From Planctomycetota bacterium (GTDB lineage: Bacteria; Planctomycetota; Phycisphaerae; Phycisphaerales; SM1A02): DNA of 64,000 nt. Shown piece by piece: positions 57,369 to 64,000 of the stretch. The translations under genes and the position numbers were made by a program. Below the pieces are notes generated by a model that saw only the letters and a program-made list of their open reading frames with translations, was not told where the DNA came from and did not search any database. The stretch lies in contig JACNLW010000043.1 of the NCBI GenBank assembly GCA_014381305.1, positions 2,123-66,122 on the forward strand. Direction: 5' to 3'. The first letter of the stretch is position 1. Each line of letters begins with the position of its first letter.

Positions 57369-58685
57369 TTATATCTCTGATTTATCAGGAGATGTGCGTG
57401 AAAGTAGTAAAAATCCAATTCCGCCAACGCTAGAAATTGCACCACCGATGAAAAAAACGCTCCCGCCCGTTGTTTCACCCATTCCGTGAAGCATGGTGTA
57501 GAGCCCCATTCCAAGGGCTGGCGCGAGAAGTCCCCTGATTCCTGTGAGAGTCACGTGCAAACCCATATACCGGCTTGATTGTTCAACGGGTGCAAAATCT
57601 TGGTGTCCGAGATTCCATGCAAGGACACCACCACCAAAACCAACGCCGCGGATTGCAGCTGCGATCCAGAGACCGAGCGTGTTGCCGAAAAAAATGCTAA
57701 CACCGAAACAAATAGAAGATATGACGAACACCCAACTGTGCACTGCGCGAAATTGAATGACGTGCATGCGGTTGAGTAGTTTTGACCACAAGGGGATGCT
57801 CATTGGCATGAGAATGATTGGAATTGTGGAAACAATGAGGATCTCACCGAGATAATCAAAAGAAAACTGGTTCGCGAGTACAACGACGAGTGGGGCGGTG
57901 AGCATGAGGTTGCCAAGACCGAAGATGAATTGGCAAGTCATATATTTGGAAAAGGCTCTGTCTTCGTTAAGCAGTGCTATTGTTTTCCACGGATACATGG
58001 TTGCAAGTTCGGGCTGCAAACGTTCGTCTGCAAGTATTTTTGTGTGCCCAGTAACTTGCATTTTGGAGTAAATCCATGCGCCTATGATTCCAAAACTTGC
58101 AGCGACTGGATAGATCCAACGAAATGCTTCTTCGTTTTGATCCATCATCTCGCCGATACCTAAGCCCACACTTGCAAGAATAATTGCTTGAACGGTTGCG
58201 ATTCGTCCCGCGACATCGGCGCGGTTCGCGCGTGGATAGTTGGCTTGCCACACTGTTGATCGAAGAGTGACGACGCCCGCCCAGCAAATACGTGTACCAA
58301 CGACGCAAACGAGAAGAAGGAGCAAACCAATCGGTGTGCGAGGGACAAACGCAACTGCAGCGATCATGACGACGACGGCAATTTTAAGCATGGTTAAAAA
58401 ACGTATTTTATTTTTGCCGTGGCTAACACCCGCCCAGATAAAACTTGAGATGTTTGCAAAACCTTGCGCTGCTGCAAGCGCAGCTACCGCCCAGTCGAGC
58501 ATCGTTTCATCAACTTCACCGGTGAAGAGTCGCTTTGTGAGAACACCAACAACACCCCCTTCAATGGCGCCCATCATCATCGGAAGAAATGCCCATGCCA
58601 AAAGCTCACGTTTGTAATGCGTTCTGCTATCAGGTGGCATTGCGCGCAACCGAAAAAAATTAAGAAGCGGCATTATTGTTGCCAC
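57369..58685 (-). CDS. MFS-type transporter (12 predicted TM segments)
   Basis: The 438-aa ORF is hydrophobic throughout with two sixfold halves. MFS assignment rests on architecture only. Confidence 0.6.
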   Translation of the reverse strand: MATIMPLLNFFRLRAMPPDSRTHYKRELLAWAFLPMMMGAIEGGVVGVLTKRLFTGEVDETMLDWAVAALAAAQGFANISSFIWAGVSHGKNKIRFLTMLKIAVVVMIAAVAFVPRTPIGLLLLLVCVVGTRICWAGVVTLRSTVWQANYPRANRADVAGRIATVQAIILASVGLGIGEMMDQNEEAFRWIYPVAASFGIIGAWIYSKMQVTGHTKILADERLQPELATMYPWKTIALLNEDRAFSKYMTCQFIFGLGNLMLTAPLVVVLANQFSFDYLGEILIVSTIPIILMPMSIPLWSKLLNRMHVIQFRAVHSWVFVISSICFGVSIFFGNTLGLWIAAAIRGVGFGGGVLAWNLGHQDFAPVEQSSRYMGLHVTLTGIRGLLAPALGMGLYTMLHGMGETTGGSVFFIGGAISSVGGIGFLLLSRTSPDKSEI

Positions 58686-58721
58686 CTCGTAAGTGCGTGC
58701 GCCTGAGATGCATGAACAAAA

Positions 58722-58988
58722 TTATGGAGAGTTACCAGTTGTGTTGACAACAGGTAGAGGAGAGAGTCGGCTTGGACGGTTTGTGTACCAGACACGTCCA
58801 AGATCATCTTCGAACATACGATTGTTTTGGTTGTCAACCATTGCAAGGTCAATATCAACATCGTTGTAGGTTTGCGAAAGTGTAGACATTTCTGGTGTGA
58901 CATCGTGAAGACCGACGCGGTTGTCGACGCAGCCCGCGAAGAGAAGAAGTGTTGCGATGATGCAAATGCATTTAAGAATATTGTTCAT
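58722..58988 (-). CDS. small lipoprotein
   Basis: ATG 58988 gives MNNILKCICIIATLLLFAGCVDN, with an L-F-A-G-C lipobox. Confidence 0.6.
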   Translation of the reverse strand: MNNILKCICIIATLLLFAGCVDNRVGLHDVTPEMSTLSQTYNDVDIDLAMVDNQNNRMFEDDLGRVWYTNRPSRLSPLPVVNTTGNSP

Positions 58989-59060
58989 GGTGGAGATCTT
59001 TCTGTTTTGTTTGTAAAACCAGATGCATAGTGTCCCACGACAGCAATTCGCTGTCAACTA

Positions 59061-59445
59061 AGACCGCGGGTGAATTAATCGCGTCATTTTGGGCAGTTCA
59101 ACATCAAAAGCGAAAACTGCGATTATTTCACCCGGGGTCAACTCTTTCTGGGTTTCACTATATCTTTATTCCCAAGAACTGACCCTAGGGTGAAATAATC
59201 GTTGATATCCCAAAGCGTGTTGATCCGAAGCAAGTGGACACGATTAATTCACCCGCGGTCTAAATAAATTCACCGGGGGTGAGTTTATTCCCAAGAACTG
59301 ACTCTAGGGTGAAATAATCGTTGATACTGACCCCGGGTGAAATAATCGCAAATAGTGCTCTGAGATAGATAACGCAAAATGACGCGATTAATTCACCCGC
59401 GGTCTAAATTAATTCACCCGCGGTCTACGGTGAGTTTATTTACGG
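59061..59445. repeat. foldback / MITE-like composite of repeat modules M1-M3 with 31-bp perfect terminal inverted repeats
   Basis: AGACCGCGGGTGAATTAATCGCGTCATTTTG (59061-59091) is the exact reverse complement of 59375-59405. An inner 22-bp inverted repeat lies at 59119-59140 / 59328-59349. A 41-bp direct repeat with 1 mismatch lies at 59167-59207 / 59286-59326. An M2 variant, AAATTCACCGGGGGTGAGTTT, lies at 59266-59286. Degenerate M1/M2 copies extend to about 59445. Confidence 0.9.
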
Positions 59446-59713
59446 GGGTGATTCACACAGTGGGATGTAAACGTATTGTTTGGCTTATGGTATGGTTTAC
59501 AGAGTGCTTGCAAGTTGCCTACTTGCGCTCGATCCTGTCGAACCCTCAGGGATCGTACCAGCTACCTCGAAGACCACGCCTCTTTTATGTGGAAGGTCGG
59601 GAATGATGGCTCACGAGCCCACCTCACGGTACTGGGTTCGAGCACAGATGGCAATTTGTGGGCATTTTTTTTTTGAAAAAACAACACTCGGGATTGTTTT
59701 TCCAAACCATCAC

Positions 59714-59754
59714 AAAAAACTGGATCCAAATGCTCGTAAGCAATTTGGATCCAG
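59714..59754 (-). terminator. rho-independent terminator of the ECF sigma / anti-sigma operon
   Basis: A perfect 12-bp stem, CTGGATCCAAAT (59720-31) / ATTTGGATCCAG (59743-54), has an 11-nt loop. On the minus strand it is followed by TTTTTT (complement of 59714-19). It lies 34 nt after the anti-sigma stop. Confidence 0.8.
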
Positions 59755-59787
59755 TGTGTGGGGTGGAAATGTTACAGTCGTGATTTG

Positions 59788-60594
59788 TTACGTCCAAACA
59801 ACCTTGCCCGCAGTGTTCACACCTCGGTAAACAAGTGATCCTGCGATTTCTATATCCACGGAAAATGTTCGCGCAACTACCGGCGTGTTGCCTGCAGTAA
59901 TTCGGGCAAGTTCGATGATTTCACCATTGGGTGCTCTACCTTGAATGATGAACTCTTCACCTTTTTTAAGATCGATTGCGAAAATGTATCCTGCACCAGT
60001 TCGCTCGTTGATTGCAACTCGGATGTACCCAGTTGGGTCTCCATCTGCGCGTTCAAGACCAACAGCTGGTGCCGAAGGATTGCGGATAAATTCGCCGAAT
60101 TCAGCACCGACGAGATCAGATATCGTTTTTTCTACATCTGCGTTGAGTGCATATTTTGTGATGTCATTTGCGCGATCGACTGCGTTCACTGCAAACGCTG
60201 CGAGTACGACCGAAACGCCAAAGAGGACCATAGCAACTGCTCGCCAAGTAGAAGTTCCGATTGAACGTTGGTACTTTCGAGAGGCGCCAGCGCGAGCACC
60301 TATAAGTGCAAGGGGTGCAAGTCGATTCGCTTCATCGTCAGCTGCTTTTGCGACAGCATCAAGAACACGTCTTCGAAGTGTTGCATCGGGAAATACATCT
60401 GGAAGAAGCGTCTCATCGAGCGCGAGTTCTTCTTGAATTTTTTGGATTTCCTCTTGCAGTGCAACGGGTGCATCAAGAAAGGCGCTATTGAACAAATCTG
60501 ATTCGAGCGGTTCAAGTAACCCGTGTGCATCAAGAACAGCAAGTTCAAGAAGTTGTTTTTTGTCTGGTTGTTCGTAGGTAGTCATAACATTCAC
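59788..60594 (-). CDS. anti-sigma factor (single-pass membrane, RskA-like)
   Basis: It lies directly downstream of the ECF sigma gene. The N-terminal anti-sigma helix region (LLELAVLDAHGLLEPLE) is followed by a central TM (WRAVAMVLFGVSVVLAAFAV) and an extracytoplasmic domain. The start is GTG 60594 or ATG 60585. Confidence 0.75.
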   Translation of the reverse strand: MNVMTTYEQPDKKQLLELAVLDAHGLLEPLESDLFNSAFLDAPVALQEEIQKIQEELALDETLLPDVFPDATLRRRVLDAVAKAADDEANRLAPLALIGARAGASRKYQRSIGTSTWRAVAMVLFGVSVVLAAFAVNAVDRANDITKYALNADVEKTISDLVGAEFGEFIRNPSAPAVGLERADGDPTGYIRVAINERTGAGYIFAIDLKKGEEFIIQGRAPNGEIIELARITAGNTPVVARTFSVDIEIAGSLVYRGVNTAGKVVWT

Positions 60595-60614
60595 ATCGTT
60601 CTGTTGTAGCCTTT

Positions 60615-61181
60615 CTAATGAAGGGCGCTTGTTTCTATGTCTCCTCGCTCCCGGAGACGGAGTAACCCTCTACTTAAAGCCGATTTTACGGTTCCAAGCG
60701 GGGCATCTAGTTGTCGGCTCACCTCACGTAGGGTGAAACCTTGGAAATACGCTCTCTCAATGACCGTTCGTTGTAACTCAGGAAGTGTTTGCAACTGTTG
60801 TAACAGCATCTGATTGCGTTCTTCTAACCATATCTTCGATGCAGGAGGCCCATCGGTTGCGATTTCTCCGTGATGTTCTCCAAGTTCTTGCTGTTTTGGC
60901 CGCACAGTCTTCTTTCTGATTCGGTCAATAAGGTGACGTCTGGTGAGAAGCATGACCCAAGTCACGAGTTTGGCCTTTCTTGGGTCAAATCGATCTGCGG
61001 TCTTCCAGATCCTTACAAAAATTTCTTGAACAGCATCTTCAGATTCCGCAGTATTTGTCAAAAACTGCCTTGAAAGCTTAAAAACGAGGGGTCCAAACCG
61101 ATCATACAACTCAGCCACAGCCTCCTCTTCTCCAAGAGCGACTCGGCGCATTAATCGATAATCGGGTTCATTCGTGGGCAA
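60615..61181 (-). CDS. ECF-type RNA polymerase sigma-70 family factor
   Basis: Region 2 (EDAVQEIFVRIW, FDPRKAKLVTWV) and region 4 (LPELQRTVIERAYFQGFTLREVSRQLDAPLGTVKSALSRGL) are present. TTG 61181 has GGAGGT 5 nt upstream. ATG 61151 is an alternative start. Confidence 0.9.
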   Translation of the reverse strand: MPTNEPDYRLMRRVALGEEEAVAELYDRFGPLVFKLSRQFLTNTAESEDAVQEIFVRIWKTADRFDPRKAKLVTWVMLLTRRHLIDRIRKKTVRPKQQELGEHHGEIATDGPPASKIWLEERNQMLLQQLQTLPELQRTVIERAYFQGFTLREVSRQLDAPLGTVKSALSRGLLRLRERGDIETSALH

Positions 61182-61387
61182 TTGCCACCTCCACAAACAG
61201 TATATTCGTAAAACAAGTGTAAGTGTTCCCAAAAAGTAACACGAACAAAACCCAAACATGCAGCCAGCAATATTGAATTCCCGATAAAAAATATGGTAGA
61301 AACTGCATAAAATTCTCGCAAATCGTGTTTTTTATTGTAGACTTATCTGTGAGGAACTCTGTGTTTTTTCAGAGTAGAAAGAAACCA

Positions 61388-62185
61388 ATGCGAACAAACC
61401 GCACAATTTGCCCAAACGAACAACTTGCGAGCAGCAAGTTTCGTGATCGAGCAGGTTTCAGTTTGCTTGAATTGTTGGTTGTCTTAAGCATCACCTCATT
61501 GCTTACCGGATTGCTCATGCCTACACTTTCCACCGCACGAGAAAGTGCGCACCGAGTTGTATGCGCCGCACATCAAAGAGAAATTGGTCACGCGATTTCA
61601 ATGTATGCTGGCGATCACCGCCAACGCATTCCAGTCGCGACGGTACTCGATCAGCAGAGCCCCGACCCAACAGAGTTGTCGCTTGCTCGTAAAGCGTACG
61701 AAGAAGGTTCGGAACTGCCAAGTGCAGCGTTTGCTAGATCAACAGTCCCTCGTCCATTGAGTGATGACAATTGGGACGCACTAGGCCGCTTGAAGAAGTG
61801 GCACTACTGCGATTCAGCAGATTGTTTTTACTGCCCAAGTCATGAGGGTGATCAACAACATTCTGAACTTGCAGATGAATGGTATGAAGGTACGCGCACA
61901 ACAAATGACGCGCTCTACACAAACTTCCAGTACGTTGGTCATAAAGATTGGCGAACAGGGCAACGTCGTAGACTGCTTGAAGGTTCAAGGCTCGTTCTTG
62001 CAACCGACTCCTTGCGAACCCGCGGAGATTTTAATCACGGTACCGGAATGAACATGCTTCTTGGAGATGGTTCAGTGAAGTGGAAAGACGATGTTCGTAT
62101 CCGTCCCCAACTCCCATTCGTTCCACTTCAAGCTGGCGCTCGTGATTTGGACGTGATTTACGAAATTTTCGGCATTAAGTTCTAA
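61388..62185 (+). CDS. prepilin-type N-terminal cleavage/methylation domain protein, DUF1559-like
   Basis: GFSLLELLVVLSITSLLTGLLMP is the N-terminal motif. The C-terminal H-x-G-x-N-x-L-x-GDGSV (HGTGMNMLLGDGSVKW) is typical of the planctomycete DUF1559 family. Confidence 0.85.
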   Translation: MRTNRTICPNEQLASSKFRDRAGFSLLELLVVLSITSLLTGLLMPTLSTARESAHRVVCAAHQREIGHAISMYAGDHRQRIPVATVLDQQSPDPTELSLARKAYEEGSELPSAAFARSTVPRPLSDDNWDALGRLKKWHYCDSADCFYCPSHEGDQQHSELADEWYEGTRTTNDALYTNFQYVGHKDWRTGQRRRLLEGSRLVLATDSLRTRGDFNHGTGMNMLLGDGSVKWKDDVRIRPQLPFVPLQAGARDLDVIYEIFGIKF

Positions 62186-63085
62186 TACCTGAATACAGTG
62201 TCTACCAAACTCGGGATTAATCAATTCATATGTAACTGGGTGTAAGGTATCACGCAGCAACATGTGATCGATGTGAAATAGCGGAAATGCTCTGTGATAT
62301 GAGTATGACCAACCGATACCAACGTCGTCCCAAGCATCTGTCAACTCAGGAAAAAAACGTTGTAACGAGTTACTATTTCTTGTCATGTTGAAATCACCAA
62401 CAACTATGTCCGGCGCAGGCGCATCTGCTTGGAGTAAAAGTTTTTTTGCTCTGCGAACAACTTCACCCCGAGATTCTTTGAGATTTACTGGCAAGTCAAC
62501 TGCGTACATGACCAGTTCCTTCCCAAGTTGTTCAGTTGTATCAAGTCTGTACAAAGAAATGTAAATGCCCGCAGATGCAACAAGCACCTTTACCTCAATT
62601 GGGCGGAGTGTTGTGAGCAAAGTAAAGGGCCCGCTGATCAGCCGTTTCGTCTTCCCTTCACGCCATTCTTTTATTGCTGGCTCTCCTCTAACATGCCAAC
62701 CGTGCGTTAAGAGTGTGATGTCAGCATCTAATTGAACAATGATCTTAGCAGACAACGATGCAACATTTTTTTTCGCGTGACTCATTGTCCAACCGACAAT
62801 CCGAAGATCACCGTGTTTTGTAGTAATTGAAAACACACGATTCTCAACAAAAAGAAACCATGCGGTACACAGAAGAAAAATAGAACCCAAGAAAATGGAC
62901 TTTTGTTTGTCACGCGAAAGTATCAATGCAATTGTGGCAAGAAAAAGAAAGGCAATAAATGCAAAAGCCGGAATCCACAACAACCATTGACTCCACAACC
63001 AACGGTCAGAAACAAATTGTCCTAGTAACCAAACAACTGCAAGTAGGATCGTACAATTGAAGATAAAAGTTGAACAACGCTTCAT
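62072..63085 (-). CDS. endonuclease/exonuclease/phosphatase (EEP) family membrane protein
   Basis: ATG 63085 gives MKRCSTFIFNCTILLAVVWLL.... Three or four N-terminal TM segments are followed by an EEP domain (DIVVGDFN, HIDHMLL). Confidence 0.75.
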   Translation of the reverse strand: MKRCSTFIFNCTILLAVVWLLGQFVSDRWLWSQWLLWIPAFAFIAFLFLATIALILSRDKQKSIFLGSIFLLCTAWFLFVENRVFSITTKHGDLRIVGWTMSHAKKNVASLSAKIIVQLDADITLLTHGWHVRGEPAIKEWREGKTKRLISGPFTLLTTLRPIEVKVLVASAGIYISLYRLDTTEQLGKELVMYAVDLPVNLKESRGEVVRRAKKLLLQADAPAPDIVVGDFNMTRNSNSLQRFFPELTDAWDDVGIGWSYSYHRAFPLFHIDHMLLRDTLHPVTYELINPEFGRHCIQVLELNAENFVNHVQITSASLKWNEWELGTDTNIVFPLH

Positions 63086-63089
63086 CGTT

Positions 63090-64000
63090 TTATGGAATAA
63101 ACGGGAAAACAATTGGTGCGATTGTTGTTGCGATGATCGCGACGAGAAGCGTAAGCGGTACGCCGAGCCTTGGGAAGTCCATAAATTTGTATCCACCCGG
63201 ACCATAGACCATCAGATTTGTTTGATACGTCACTGGTGTTAAGAAATTACAACCAGCAGCAGCCATCATGGTAAATACAAATGGATAAGGACTAACGCCA
63301 AGGCCTTCTGCTGCCCCTATGACAATTGGAAACATAATGACAGCAGCTCCAAAATTAGTCATGAGTTGTGCAGCGACACTTGTAAGTACAAAGACTGTAA
63401 AGAGTGTGCCGTAACTTCCAACATTCAAACTATTTGTAAACTCAAGGAGTGCAGTGCTTGCGGAGGTAGCAAGTCCACTCCGGTCGACTGCTTGCCCAAT
63501 CCCCATTGCAGCGCCTATGACGATGAGAACTTGGATATTGATTGATTGTCTTGCGGCCGGTCCGTTGATACAACCAGTTAAGACCATAAGAAGACCGCAA
63601 AACCAAACTGCGGCAATCAAGGTAATGCCGAAATACGTGCTTGATGTGAGCAGTGCAATGAGAAGCCCAAGAATTGCAAGTGATATCCAAGCCTTGTTGT
63701 GCAAAGGTGTCCTAGAGTTATCAACTTGTGAAACGAGATAAAAATCTTGGCTGTGCCTCCAAGTACGCAAGAAACTATTGTCTGATTCAATGAGTAGTGT
63801 GTCCCCAACCTCAAGAACAATGTCACCAATTTTTTCTTTGATAGGTCTACCCTTTCGGTGGATAGACAAAATGACACCGTTGTATGTTGATCTAAACTGT
63901 GAATCTTTTACTTTTTGACCAACGAGTGATGAGCTCCCAGCAATGACAGCTTCCACCATCGTGCGAGTAATAACTCGTCCGTCAATGTCTTTGAGTTCTT
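63090..64000 (-). CDS. partial CDS (C-terminal part; continues past window end): SLC13/DASS-type permease with TrkA-C domain
   Basis: The frame stays open through base 64000 (...ELKDIDGRVITRTMVEAVIAG...). A TrkA-C-like segment (VGQKVKDSQFR...GVILSIHRKGRPI...GDIVLEVGDTLLIE) is followed by multiple TM helices. Confidence 0.75.
   Translation of the reverse strand, partial: ELKDIDGRVITRTMVEAVIAGSSSLVGQKVKDSQFRSTYNGVILSIHRKGRPIKEKIGDIVLEVGDTLLIESDNSFLRTWRHSQDFYLVSQVDNSRTPLHNKAWISLAILGLLIALLTSSTYFGITLIAAVWFCGLLMVLTGCINGPAARQSINIQVLIVIGAAMGIGQAVDRSGLATSASTALLEFTNSLNVGSYGTLFTVFVLTSVAAQLMTNFGAAVIMFPIVIGAAEGLGVSPYPFVFTMMAAAGCNFLTPVTYQTNLMVYGPGGYKFMDFPRLGVPLTLLVAIIATTIAPIVFPFIP

Noticed and set aside
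59525-59595. tmRNA-like motif on the minus strand (GGGTTCGACAGGATCGAGC resembles the 5' GGAUUCGACAGGGAU..GGAUCGAGC of ssrA)
   Set aside because: There is no GGGG/G3:U70 acceptor 5' end at the right distance. There is no T-arm plus CCACCA 3' end within 400 nt downstream, where the region is occupied by the repeat cluster. The only candidate tag frame (AKQYVYIPLCESPP) lacks the usual hydrophobic xLAA-type ending.

Overview
This is a dense 64-kb chromosomal window with about 60 protein genes on both strands, almost all core housekeeping. Recognised genes are alaS, leuS, tpiA-secG-yicC, folC, mgtE, hpt, groEL-groES-groEL, dnaJ-grpE, rnr, acs, purE, pdxH, rpsU, hppA, rsfS, trmB and rpsA. The host is probably a Planctomycetota/PVC-type bacterium. 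That is an inference from three proteins with the prepilin-type N-terminal G|F(T/S)LIELLVV motif, duplicated groEL, an ECF sigma/anti-sigma pair, and Cys-rich zinc-ribbon membrane proteins. By eye I found no rRNA, tRNA, CRISPR array, integrase, transposase or recognisable defence genes. I did not find a convincing novel multi-gene protein system. The most unusual content is non-coding. (1) A dispersed, modular repeat family is built around a perfect 21-bp palindrome, AAACTCACC-GGG-GGTGAGTTT. It sits at gene 3' ends, and in four genes the stop codon abuts or lies inside it. (2) A 345-bp foldback, MITE-like composite of the same modules has perfect 31-bp outer and 22-bp inner inverted repeats (59061-59405). 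(3) A 266-bp, 22-unit, 12-nt minisatellite plus phased A-tracts fills nearly the whole divergent asd-like/purE intergenic region. (4) A nested palindrome with 24-bp arms lies between divergent alaS and tpiA. Protein-level oddities are a roughly 108-aa insertion in the H+/Na+-pyrophosphatase, a shortened Asd-like dehydrogenase, a histidine kinase translationally coupled to an orphan FtsX-type permease, and a tandem C4 zinc-finger protein. Start codons were adjusted from the ORF track where N-terminal homology or a Shine-Dalgarno motif supported an internal start. All family assignments come from motif recognition by eye, not database searches.
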